NCBI RefSeq assembly: GCF_000017305.1
Contig: NC_009664.2
Span: 2,730,001-2,762,000 of the forward strand
Source: Kineococcus radiotolerans SRS30216 = ATCC BAA-149
Lineage (GTDB): Bacteria > Actinomycetota > Actinomycetes > Actinomycetales > Kineococcaceae
DNA: 32,000 bases
Direction: 5' to 3'
The notes under the pieces were generated by a model, which ran no database searches, was not told the DNA's origin, and saw only the letters and a program-made list of their open reading frames with translations. Of this stretch, positions 15,734 through 23,673 are shown in pieces; the stretch's first letter is position 1; every line of letters starts with the position of its first letter. The position numbers and the translations under genes were made by a program.

Positions 15734-16339
15734 GTGGACACCGCGGGGAGTTCCGTCGACGCGTTCGCCGAGGCCGCGGACTGGTTCGTGCGCACCACGG
15801 CCCTCGTGGGGGAGCGCTGGGACCGGCCGGGTCTGGGCGAGTGGGACGTGCGCGCCCTCGTCGGGCACACCAGCCGCAGCCTCACCACCGTCGAGACCTA
15901 CCTGGCCCAGCCCGCTGCCGCGGTCGAGGTGGACTCCGCCGTCGGGTACTTCCGCGCCACGAGCGCGCTCGCCGCCGGGCCCGGGGTCGCCCAGCGCGGC
16001 CGCGACGCCGGGGCCGCGCTGGGGGCGGACCCGGCCGCGGCCGTCGCCGCGCTCGCGGCCCGCGTCGTGCCGCTGGTCGCCGCCCGCTCGGGGGAGGAGC
16101 GGCTGACGACGATCGCGGGGGGCATGCGCCTGCGCGACTACCTGCCCACGCGCACCTTCGAGCTCGTCGTCCACACCACCGACCTGGCCACCGCGCTGGG
16201 GCTGCCCGCCGAACCGCCGCCCCGGGCGGCGCGGGCGGCCCTGGACCTCGTGACCGCGCTGGCGCTCGCCGGGGGCCGCGCGGGGGCGCTGCTGCTCGCC
16301 GCGACCGGGCGGACCGCGCCCGGGACGTCGGTGCTCTGA
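15734..16339 (+). CDS. DinB-fold / maleylpyruvate-isomerase-family (mycothiol-dependent type) protein
   Basis: 201 aa with a GTG start. The N-terminal region reads FAEAADWFVRTTALV...WDRPGLGEWDVRALVGHTSRSL, the MDMPI_N-like His motif. Confidence 0.7.
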   Translation: MDTAGSSVDAFAEAADWFVRTTALVGERWDRPGLGEWDVRALVGHTSRSLTTVETYLAQPAAAVEVDSAVGYFRATSALAAGPGVAQRGRDAGAALGADPAAAVAALAARVVPLVAARSGEERLTTIAGGMRLRDYLPTRTFELVVHTTDLATALGLPAEPPPRAARAALDLVTALALAGGRAGALLLAATGRTAPGTSVL

Positions 16340-16346
16340 GGCCGGG

Positions 16347-17042
16347 TCAGGACCGCAGCAGGGGCGGGTGCAGCGCCGTCGCCGGCCCGCGGCGGAACAC
16401 CCGGGCGGGGCGGCCGCCGTCGCGGGTCGTGGTGGCGCCGGTGGGTTCGAGGAAACCGCTGGCGCCGGTGACCTTGCGGTGGAAGTTCCGCGGGTCCAGG
16501 GGAGTGCCCCACACCGCCTCGTAGACGCGGCGGAGCTCGGCGACGGTGAACTCCTCCGCGCAGAAGGCGGTCGCCAGCGGCGTGTACTCCAGCTTGGCGC
16601 GGGCGCGTTCCACGGCGTCGGCCAGCAGGCGGTCGTGGTCGAAGGCGAGGGGCCCGGGGTCGACGCCGGCGCGCGCGACGGGGACCCAGCGCGCGTCGGC
16701 GGCGTCGGTGCCGGCGCGGGGGGTGGGCAGGTCGGGGGCCAGGGCCAGGTAGCAGACGGTCACGACGCGCTGGCGGGGGTCGCGGTCGGGGGTGCCGTAG
16801 CTGGCGAGCTGCTCCAGGTGCACCGAACCGCGGGGCAGCCCGGTCTCCTCGGCCAGTTCGCGCGCGGCCGCCCCGGGCAGGTCCTCGTCGGGGCGGACGA
16901 ACCCGCCGGGCAGGGCCCACCGGCCCAGGAAGGGTTCCTCGCCGCGCTCGACGAGCAGGACGGCCAGCGCCGGCCCGGAGCCGTCGTCGCGGACGGTCAG
17001 CACGACGAGGTCGACGGTCACGGCCACCGGGGGGAACTCCAC
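16347..17042 (-). CDS. nrtR: NrtR-like Nudix-related transcriptional regulator (Nudix domain + C-terminal winged helix)
   Basis: 231 aa with a GTG start. The Nudix box is intact: GGFVRPDEDLPGAAARELAEETGL fits GX5EX7REUXEEXGU. The C-terminal part reads FTVAELRRVYEAVWGTPLDPRNFHRKV...GRPARVFR, the NrtR wHTH pattern. A candidate -10 box TAGGCT (17054-17049) lies 6 nt before the GTG, so the transcript may be leaderless. Confidence 0.75.
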   Translation of the reverse strand: MEFPPVAVTVDLVVLTVRDDGSGPALAVLLVERGEEPFLGRWALPGGFVRPDEDLPGAAARELAEETGLPRGSVHLEQLASYGTPDRDPRQRVVTVCYLALAPDLPTPRAGTDAADARWVPVARAGVDPGPLAFDHDRLLADAVERARAKLEYTPLATAFCAEEFTVAELRRVYEAVWGTPLDPRNFHRKVTGASGFLEPTGATTTRDGGRPARVFRRGPATALHPPLLRS

Positions 17043-17059
17043 CGGATCAGCCTAACGCC

Positions 17060-17080
17060 TTGTCGTCGACTTGACGATTA
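17060..17080. promoter_or_regulatory. 21-bp palindromic box 1 (TTGTCGTCGACTTGACGATTA), candidate NrtR operator
   Basis: 7 of 10 arm pairs are complementary and the core is TCGTC-N5-GACGA. Its reverse complement matches box 2 at 18 of 21 positions. It contains a TTGACG -35 candidate (17071-17076). Confidence 0.5.
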
Positions 17081-17094
17081 GGGGAGGTGCAGGC

Positions 17095-17115
17095 TTATCG
17101 TCATCTCGACGACAA
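17095..17115. promoter_or_regulatory. 21-bp palindromic box 2 (TTATCGTCATCTCGACGACAA), candidate NrtR operator
   Basis: 7 of 10 arm pairs are complementary, with the same TCGTC-N5-GACGA core. Its centre lies 35 bp from that of box 1. It contains a TATCGT -10 candidate (17096-17101) and ends 21 nt upstream of the SPFH ATG. Confidence 0.5.
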
Positions 17116-17136
17116 CAATCGACCCCGGAGGACGAC

Positions 17137-18141
17137 ATGGCCGACATCACCCGCTACCCCTTCGCCCGCCACCTGCGCAGCACCCCCACCACCCACGTCG
17201 TGCACCACCGCCGCGGCAAGCTCGCCCACTCCGGCACCGGGCAGGCGTTCTGGTTCCGGCCGCTGTCGGCGAGCCTGTCCGAGGTGCCCGTCGACGACCG
17301 CGAGCTGCCGCTGGTCCTGCACGCCCGCACCGCCGACTTCGTCGACGTCACCGTCCAGGCCACCGTCACCTTCCGCGTCGAGGACCCCGAGCTCGCCGCC
17401 ACCCGCGTCGACTTCTCCCTCGACGCCACCACCGGCCGCTGGCTCGGCGCCCCCCTCCAGCAGCTCGCCGGCCTGCTCACCGAGACCGCCCAGCAGCACG
17501 TCCTCGACGTCCTCGCCCAGCTCCCGCTGCGCGAGGTCCTCGTCACCGGCGTCGCCCTCACCCGCGAGCGCATCACCGCCGGGCTCACCGCCGACAGCCG
17601 CCTCGCCCAGACCGGCCTCGCCCTCGTCGACGCCCGCGTCGTCGCCGTCCGCCCCGCCCCCGACGTCGAGAAGGCGCTGGCCACCCCCACCCGCGAGCAG
17701 CTCCAGACCGAGGCCGACCGCGCCACCTCGCAGCGCCGGGCGCTCGCCGTCGAGCGCGAGCGCGCCATCAGCGAGAACGAGCTGCAGAACCAGATCGAGC
17801 TCGCCCGCCGCGAGGAGCAGCTCGTCGCCCAGCGCGGGGCCAACCAGCGCCGCACCGCCGAGGAGGCCGCCGCCGCCGACACCGTCCGCGCCACGGCGGA
17901 GGCCGAGCGGGAGGAACGCCTCGCCCTCGCCCACGCCACCGCCACCCGCCTGCAGGGCGAGGCCGACGCCGGGGCCGAGGCCGCCCGGGTCGCCGCCCTC
18001 GCCGGCACCCCGCCCGAGGTCCTGCTCACCCTCGCCCTGCGCGAGTTCGCCGGGCAGCTGCCGGACGTGGGGACCCTCGTCCTCACCCCGGACGTCGTCA
18101 CCGGCGCCCTCACCCGGCTCGCCGCCGGCGGTGCGCGGTGA
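17137..18141 (+). CDS. SPFH/Band-7 domain protein with a C-terminal Glu/Ala/Arg-rich coiled-coil region and no membrane anchor
   Basis: The ATG at 17137 has GGAGGA 5 nt upstream. The SPFH core reads GQAFWFRP...VPVDDRELPLVLHARTADFVDVTVQATVTFRVEDPELAA. The tail is flotillin-like (QRRALAVERERAISENELQNQIELARREEQLVAQR...). I see no hydrophobic stretch long enough to span a membrane. Confidence 0.85.
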   Translation: MADITRYPFARHLRSTPTTHVVHHRRGKLAHSGTGQAFWFRPLSASLSEVPVDDRELPLVLHARTADFVDVTVQATVTFRVEDPELAATRVDFSLDATTGRWLGAPLQQLAGLLTETAQQHVLDVLAQLPLREVLVTGVALTRERITAGLTADSRLAQTGLALVDARVVAVRPAPDVEKALATPTREQLQTEADRATSQRRALAVERERAISENELQNQIELARREEQLVAQRGANQRRTAEEAAAADTVRATAEAEREERLALAHATATRLQGEADAGAEAARVAALAGTPPEVLLTLALREFAGQLPDVGTLVLTPDVVTGALTRLAAGGAR

Positions 18142-19031
18142 GCCTGGCCCCCCGCGCGGTGCTCGTGCACCGGCGCACCCCCTACGCCGACGTCCTCGCC
18201 CGCCACGGCACCCGCGGGGCCGCGGAGTTCTTCCTCCGCACCCGCGGCCAGACCCTCGACGACCTCGAGGCCGCCGACGAGCGCCAGCGCGCCGCCCTGG
18301 CCGCCGTCGCCGCCGCCGTCCCGCCGGACTGGCGCAGCGGGACCCTCGAACGCGAGGACCTGCCCCGCTTCCTCTTCGCCCCCGAGGACGTCGTCGTGGT
18401 CGTCGGGCAGGACGGCCTGGTGGCCAACGTCGCCAAGCACCTCTCCGGCCAGGTCGTCCTCGGCGTCGACCCCGACCCCGCCCGCCACGCCGGGGTCCTC
18501 GTCCGCCACCGGCCCGGGGACGTCCCCGACCTGCTGCGGCGCAGCGTCCCCGACGCCGCCGCCTGCGAGCAGCGGACGATGGTGCGCGCGGTCACCGACG
18601 ACGGGCAGGAGCTGCACGCCCTCAACGAGGTCTACGTCGGGCACCGCAGCCACCAGACCGCCCGCTACGTCCTCGGCTGCCCCGGCGGGCGCGAGGAGCA
18701 GGCCTCCAGCGGGGTCGTCGTCGGCACCGGCACCGGCGCCACCGGCTGGCTGGCCTCGCTGGCCCGCGCCCGCGGGGGAGCGGTGCTCCCCGGCCCCACC
18801 GACCCCGCGCTGGCCTGGTTCGTGCGCGAGGCGTGGCCCTCGCGCACCACCGGCGCCGACCTCGTCGCCGGCGCCCTCCCCGCGGTCCCCGGCGAGGACG
18901 AGCTGACCCTCGACGTCCTCTCCGACGAGCTCGTCGTCTTCGGCGACGGCCTCGAGGAGGACCGCCTGCTGCTGACCCGCGGGATGCGCCTGCGCGTTGG
19001 GGTCAGCCCCCGCCGCCTCGCCCTGCTGTGA
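18138..19031 (+). CDS. ATP-NAD kinase-like family protein (degenerate motifs)
   Basis: The GTG at 18138 overlaps the SPFH stop (GTGA). It has VVVVGQDGLVANV (in place of GGDGT), ALNEVYVG (the NE motif) and SSGVVVGTGTGATGWLAS (in place of DG-x-STPTGSTAY). Confidence 0.7.
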   Translation: MSLAPRAVLVHRRTPYADVLARHGTRGAAEFFLRTRGQTLDDLEAADERQRAALAAVAAAVPPDWRSGTLEREDLPRFLFAPEDVVVVVGQDGLVANVAKHLSGQVVLGVDPDPARHAGVLVRHRPGDVPDLLRRSVPDAAACEQRTMVRAVTDDGQELHALNEVYVGHRSHQTARYVLGCPGGREEQASSGVVVGTGTGATGWLASLARARGGAVLPGPTDPALAWFVREAWPSRTTGADLVAGALPAVPGEDELTLDVLSDELVVFGDGLEEDRLLLTRGMRLRVGVSPRRLALL

Positions 19032-19093
19032 CCCCGGTCGCACGGACGCGCGCGGCGGCCGGAGCACCGCCCCGGCGGCGGCACACTGTTCTC

Positions 19094-21955
19094 GTGACCC
19101 TGATCGACGAGACCCGCGCCCAGGCCGCCCAGGCCGCCGGTGCGGACCTGCTGACCGCGTTGCGCACCGCTCTCGGCGTCGACCCCGCCTCCGGGGTCGT
19201 GGACGCCTCCACCCGGCGCCGCGCCGAGTACACCACCGACGCCTCCAACTACCGCGTCGTGCCGCAGGTCGTCGTCTTCCCCCGCACCGCCGAGGACGTC
19301 GAAGCCGTCTGGGCGGTCTGCGCCCGCCTCGGGGTCCCCTTCACCTCCCGCGGAGCCGGGACCTCGGTGGCCGGCAACGCCGTCGGCGAGGGCGTCGTCC
19401 TCGACTTCTCCCGCCACCTGAACCGCGTCCTGGAGATCGACGCGGAGTCGATGACCGCGCTCATCGAACCCGGCGTCATCCTCGACGACCTCCAGCGCGA
19501 GGCCGCGCCGCTGGGCCTGCGCTTCGGGCCCGACCCCTCCACCCACGCCCGCTGCACCGTCGGCGGGATGATCGGCAACGACGCCTGCGGCTCGCACGCC
19601 TTGGCCTACGGGCGCACCTCGCACAACGTCGTCGCCCTGGAGGTCCTCGACGGGCACGGCCGCCGCTGGTGGACCGACGCCCCGCCCGCCGACCTCCTCG
19701 ACGAGCTGCGCGGCGTCGCCTCCCGCCACCTCGCCACCATCCGCACCGGCTTCGGCACCTTCGGGCGCCAGGTCTCCGGCTACGCCCTGGAGCACCTGCT
19801 GCCCGAGACCGGCGGCCCCACCGGCACCGCCCTCGCCCGCCTGCTCACCGGCTCCGAGGGCACCCTCGCCACGATCCTGCGCGCGCGGGTGCGGCTGGTC
19901 CGGCAGTCCCCGTCCACGACGTTCGTCGTCCTCGGCTACCCCTCCATGCACGAGGCCGCCGACGCCACCCCCGCGCTGCTGGAGCACGCGCCGCTGGCCG
20001 TGGAGGGCATCGACCGCCGCCTCGCCGACATCGTCGTGCGCCGCGGCGGCTCCGTCGAGGGCCTGCCCGGCGGCGACGGCTGGCTGTTCGTCGAGATGGG
20101 CGGGGAGACCCCCGAGGAGTCCCTCGCCGCCGCGGAGGCGATGGTCCTCGACTCCCGGGCGCTGGACTCCGTGATCATCCCCACCGCCGCGGAGGCGCGG
20201 AAGCTGTGGCGCATCCGCGAGGACGGCGCCGGCCTGGCCGGGCGCTCGCCCGAGGGGCTGCCCGCGTGGCCGGGCTGGGAGGACGCCGCCGTCCCGCCCG
20301 CGCGGCTGGGGGAGTACCTGCGGGAGTTCGACGCGCTCATGGCCTCCCACGGCGTCGACGGCCTGGCCTACGGGCACTTCGGCGACGGCTGCATCCACGT
20401 CCGCATCGACTTCCCCCTCTACGAGGACGGCGGGGGCGCGGCGGCGAAGGCGTTCCTCGAGGACGCCGCCCGCCTCGTCGCCCGGCACGGCGGGTCCCTC
20501 TCCGGCGAGCACGGCGACGGCCGCGCCCGCGGCGGCCTGCTGCCGCTGATGTACGACGGCGAGGCCATCGCCGCGTTCGAGGAGGTCAAGCGGGCCTTCG
20601 ACCCGTCCGACCTGCTCAACCCCGGGATCATCGTCCGCCCCGCCGACGTCGCCGCCGACCTGCGCGTGCCCGCCTCCCGCCCCGCCCACGCCCTGGGCAT
20701 GCCGACGAAGTTCGCCTACTCCGCCGACCGGGGCGACCTCACCCGCGCGGTGCACCGCTGCGTCGGCGTCGGCAAGTGCCGCGCCGACTCCGGCGGGGTC
20801 ATGTGCCCCAGCTACCTCGCCACCGGCGACGAGAAGGACTCCACCCGCGGCCGGGCCCGGCTGCTGCAGGAGATGGTCAACGGGACCCTCGTCACCGACG
20901 GGTGGAAGTCCCAGGAGGTCAAGGACGTCCTCGACCTCTGCCTGTCCTGCAAGGGGTGCAGCGCGGACTGCCCCACCGGGGTGGACATGCCGACCTACAA
21001 GGCGGAGTTCCTCGACAAGTTCTACGCCGGCCGGCTGCGGCCGATGAACCACTACCTGCTGGGCTGGCTGCCGCGCTGGTCGCGGATCGCCACCGTCCAC
21101 GGCGCCGTCACCAAGGTCGTCAACGCCCTCACCTCGGTCCCCGCGCTGGCCTGGACCGCGCGCGCGGTCGGCGGGGTGGACCAGCACCGGCCGCTGCCGG
21201 AGTTCGCCGAGGAGACGTTCCGCGCCTGGTTCGCGAAGCGCCCCGAGCGCGCGGGCGAACCCGTCCTGCTGTGGGTGGACTCCTTCACCGAGAACTTCTC
21301 CCCCGAGGTGGGGAAGGCCGCGGTGAAGCTGCTGGAGCACCTCGGGTTCTCGGTGCGGCTCACCGGGAAGCAGGTGTGCTGCGGCCTGACGTGGGTGTCC
21401 ACCGGGCAGCTCGACGGGGCCAAGCGGCAGCTGCGCTCCTCCCTCGACGCGCTGGGGACCTCGGACGTCCCCGTCGTCGGGCTGGAACCCTCCTGCACCG
21501 CGCTGCTGCGCGACGACGCCGCGGAACTGCTGCCCGACGACCCCCGCGCGCACGCCCTGGAGCACCGGGTCAAGACGCTGGCCGAACTCATCGCCGAGCA
21601 GCGTCCCGACTGGATCCCCCCGCGCGTGGACCAGAAGGCCGTCGTCCAGCCGCACTGCCACCAGCACGCCGTCATGGGGTTCTCCCCCGACGCGAGGCTG
21701 CTGGCCAAGGCCGGGGTCGAGGCGCAGGTGCTGTCCGGCTGCTGCGGCCTCGCCGGGAACTTCGGCGCGGAGGAGGGCCACTACGACGTGTCGGTGAAGG
21801 TCGCCGAGCACGCGTTCCTGCCCGCGATCCAGGGGCGCGGCGACGCGGTCGTGGTGGCCGACGGCTACTCCTGCCGCACCCAGTCCGACAACCTCACCGG
21901 GGTCCGCCCCAAGCACCTCGCGGAACTCCTCGCCGGGGCGCTGCCGGAGGACTGA
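19094..21955 (+). CDS. FAD-linked oxidase fused to a 4Fe-4S / CCG-domain Fe-S module (YdiJ-like, GlcD+GlcF-type 2-hydroxyacid dehydrogenase)
   Basis: The GTG at 19094 gives 953 aa. The FAD_binding_4 region reads VVVFPRTAEDVEAVWAVCARLGVPFTSRGAGTSVAGNAVG. The ferredoxin motifs are CVGVGKCRADSGGVMCPSY and CLSCKGCSADCPTGV. Cys-rich CCG-type repeats follow (QVCCGL, PSCTA, QPHCHQHA, SGCCGLAG, DGYSCRTQ). Confidence 0.9.
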   Translation: MTLIDETRAQAAQAAGADLLTALRTALGVDPASGVVDASTRRRAEYTTDASNYRVVPQVVVFPRTAEDVEAVWAVCARLGVPFTSRGAGTSVAGNAVGEGVVLDFSRHLNRVLEIDAESMTALIEPGVILDDLQREAAPLGLRFGPDPSTHARCTVGGMIGNDACGSHALAYGRTSHNVVALEVLDGHGRRWWTDAPPADLLDELRGVASRHLATIRTGFGTFGRQVSGYALEHLLPETGGPTGTALARLLTGSEGTLATILRARVRLVRQSPSTTFVVLGYPSMHEAADATPALLEHAPLAVEGIDRRLADIVVRRGGSVEGLPGGDGWLFVEMGGETPEESLAAAEAMVLDSRALDSVIIPTAAEARKLWRIREDGAGLAGRSPEGLPAWPGWEDAAVPPARLGEYLREFDALMASHGVDGLAYGHFGDGCIHVRIDFPLYEDGGGAAAKAFLEDAARLVARHGGSLSGEHGDGRARGGLLPLMYDGEAIAAFEEVKRAFDPSDLLNPGIIVRPADVAADLRVPASRPAHALGMPTKFAYSADRGDLTRAVHRCVGVGKCRADSGGVMCPSYLATGDEKDSTRGRARLLQEMVNGTLVTDGWKSQEVKDVLDLCLSCKGCSADCPTGVDMPTYKAEFLDKFYAGRLRPMNHYLLGWLPRWSRIATVHGAVTKVVNALTSVPALAWTARAVGGVDQHRPLPEFAEETFRAWFAKRPERAGEPVLLWVDSFTENFSPEVGKAAVKLLEHLGFSVRLTGKQVCCGLTWVSTGQLDGAKRQLRSSLDALGTSDVPVVGLEPSCTALLRDDAAELLPDDPRAHALEHRVKTLAELIAEQRPDWIPPRVDQKAVVQPHCHQHAVMGFSPDARLLAKAGVEAQVLSGCCGLAGNFGAEEGHYDVSVKVAEHAFLPAIQGRGDAVVVADGYSCRTQSDNLTGVRPKHLAELLAGALPED

Positions 21956-21967
21956 CCCCGCGCCCCG

Positions 21968-22492
21968 TCAGGTCCGGCGGACGGCGAGGTCGACGAGCAG
22001 GTGCGTCTCGCGGCGGTCCCGCCCGTTCGGGAACCGCCCCGGCGGGCGGTGGACGTCGCGCAGCTCCGCCGTCCCGGGAACGGGGCGGCGGTCGTCGGCG
22101 GGCCCGCGCAGCGCCCAGCCCACCACCTGCACCCGGACGGGGAAACCCCGGGTCGCGGGCGCGTCGCCCCACGGGTCGTAGGAGGCGTGCAGGGTTCCCG
22201 CCCCCGGTGGGCGGGGAGCGCCGTCGTCGGGGCGTTCGCGCAGGAACCAGGTGATGTCCTCGCCGACCGCGGGACGGGGCCGGCCGCGGGTGAGTTCCCG
22301 CACGTGCAGCAGGACGGGGAGGACGAGGAAGCGGCGCAGGCTGACCGGGGTCAGCGGCGTGTGGCTGTGCAAGGAACGACCCGCGCACTCGGCAGGTCCG
22401 GGGGACGAAGCCCCCGGGCGCGGGTTCACCGTGGCGGGGACCGTACCCGCTCCGGGGCGGCCCGCGCCACCCCGCGCGTCCGGACGGGGCAC
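21968..22492 (-). CDS. Hypothetical protein (family not recognised); start uncertain
   Basis: The minus-strand ORF has strong third-position G/C bias and a protein-like C-terminal ~125 aa (LRRFLVLPVLLHVRELT...FPVRVQVVGW...ETHLLVDLAV). The first ~40 codons are low-complexity, so the real start may be the GTG at 22429 or the TTG at 22372. The overlapping plus-strand ORF 22001..22552 looks non-coding. Confidence 0.4.
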   Translation of the reverse strand: MPRPDARGGAGRPGAGTVPATVNPRPGASSPGPAECAGRSLHSHTPLTPVSLRRFLVLPVLLHVRELTRGRPRPAVGEDITWFLRERPDDGAPRPPGAGTLHASYDPWGDAPATRGFPVRVQVVGWALRGPADDRRPVPGTAELRDVHRPPGRFPNGRDRRETHLLVDLAVRRT

Positions 22493-22548
22493 ACTGGTCG
22501 CGGCCGCCGGGTCCCCGCGCGGCCGGACCGTCGTGCGGAGGGCGTCCC

Positions 22549-23673
22549 GTGAGTTCGCAGTTCCTCGTCGTGGGCGCCGGGCTGGCCGGCGCCTCGGCGG
22601 CCTGGCGGCTGACCGAGCGCGGGTGCTCGGTGACCCTCGTCGAGCGCGACGTCCCGGCCTCCGCGCAGGGCAGCTCGCACGGCTCGGCGCGCATCTTCCG
22701 CTACGCCTACCCGGAGCGGACCTACGTCGACCTGGTCGCGGCCTCGGAACCCGGCTGGGCGGAACTGGAGGCGCGGCACGGGGCTGCGCTCGTCATCCGC
22801 TGCGGCGCGCTGGACTTCGGTGCGCGGCGCGACCCGCACGGTCTCGCCGCGGTGCTGGCCGCGGCCGGCGTCGAGCACGAGCTGGTGCCGCGCGAGCAGG
22901 CCCGCGAGCGCTGGCCGCACGTCGCCGTCGACACCGACGTCCTGCACCACGCCGCCGGCGGGGTCCTGGACGCCGAGACGACCGTGCGGACGATGGTCGC
23001 CGCCGCGCGGGCCGGGGGCGCGGAGGTCCTCACCGGCTGGCCCCTGCAGCGGCTGGAACGCACGGGGGCGGGGTTCACCGCCCACGCCGCCGACGGCCGC
23101 ACCCTGAGCGCCGGGCGGGTCGTGGTGAGCGCCGGGGGCTGGCTGCCGGACCTGCTGGGGGACCTGCCGCTGCCGGCGGGGTTCCTGGCCGCGTTCCCGC
23201 GCCTGGAGGTGCGCGAGGAGAACGCGTTCCACTTCCCGTACCGCGACGCCGGCGCCGACTGGCCCGCGCTCATCCACGAGGACGAAGACCTCAGCGTCTA
23301 CGCCCTGCCCGGCGGGCGCGACGCGGGGTTCCGCGGTCAGAAGGTCGCCGAGTTCAACGGGGGTCGCGTCCTGCCCTCGGCCGCCGCGCGCACCGGCGTC
23401 GTCGACCCGGCCAACCGGGCCCGGGTCGTCGACCACGTCCGCCGGTTCCTGCCCGGCCTGGAACCGGAGCCCTACGCCGAGACGACCTGCCTGTTCACCA
23501 GCACCCCGACGGAGGACTTCGTCGTCGACGGGGCCGAGGGGGTGACGGTGCTCTCGCCGTGCTCCGGGCACGGGGCGAAGTTCGCGCCGCTGCTCGGGGA
23601 GGTCGCCGCCGACGTCGCCCTGGGCACCGGGTCGGTGCCGGAGCGGTTCCGGGTGGGGGTGGCCCGTGGCTGA
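22549..23673 (+). CDS. FAD-dependent amine oxidase of the monomeric sarcosine oxidase / N-methyltryptophan oxidase family
   Basis: The GTG at 22549 has GGAGGG upstream. The dinucleotide fold reads FLVVGAGLAGASAAWRLTERG, followed by GSSHGSARIFRYAY. The covalent-flavin cysteine context SPCSGHGAKFAP is as in MSOX-type enzymes. Confidence 0.85.
   Translation: MSSQFLVVGAGLAGASAAWRLTERGCSVTLVERDVPASAQGSSHGSARIFRYAYPERTYVDLVAASEPGWAELEARHGAALVIRCGALDFGARRDPHGLAAVLAAAGVEHELVPREQARERWPHVAVDTDVLHHAAGGVLDAETTVRTMVAAARAGGAEVLTGWPLQRLERTGAGFTAHAADGRTLSAGRVVVSAGGWLPDLLGDLPLPAGFLAAFPRLEVREENAFHFPYRDAGADWPALIHEDEDLSVYALPGGRDAGFRGQKVAEFNGGRVLPSAAARTGVVDPANRARVVDHVRRFLPGLEPEPYAETTCLFTSTPTEDFVVDGAEGVTVLSPCSGHGAKFAPLLGEVAADVALGTGSVPERFRVGVARG

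Noticed and set aside
17087-19093. First ~670 codons of the 1622-aa track ORF 17087..21955
   Set aside because: This is a Pro/Ser/Ala/Arg-rich shadow frame over the SPFH and NAD-kinase-like genes. Recognisable protein sequence begins only at the GTG at 19094.
19092-19110. TCGTG...GACGA upstream of, and overlapping, the FAD/Fe-S gene start as a possible third NrtR-type box
   Set aside because: The half-sites are 9 nt apart rather than 5 nt, one half is mismatched, and the flanking TT/AA are absent. It does not fit the 21-bp pattern of the two boxes at 17060-17115.
18665-22254. The 1083-aa minus-strand ORF (18665..21916) and the 1085-aa plus-strand ORF (18997..22254)
   Set aside because: Both overlap the FAD/Fe-S gene in other frames and have low-complexity Gly/Arg/Pro/Ala/Val composition with no motifs. 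Stop-codon scarcity at this G+C content explains them.
22001-22552. The 183-aa plus-strand ORF in the gap between the FAD/Fe-S gene and the oxidase gene
   Set aside because: It is Arg/Gly/Pro-rich with no hydrophobic core pattern. The opposite-strand ORF 21968..22492 has the better third-position G/C bias and a more protein-like C-terminal half, so I annotated that one, at low confidence.
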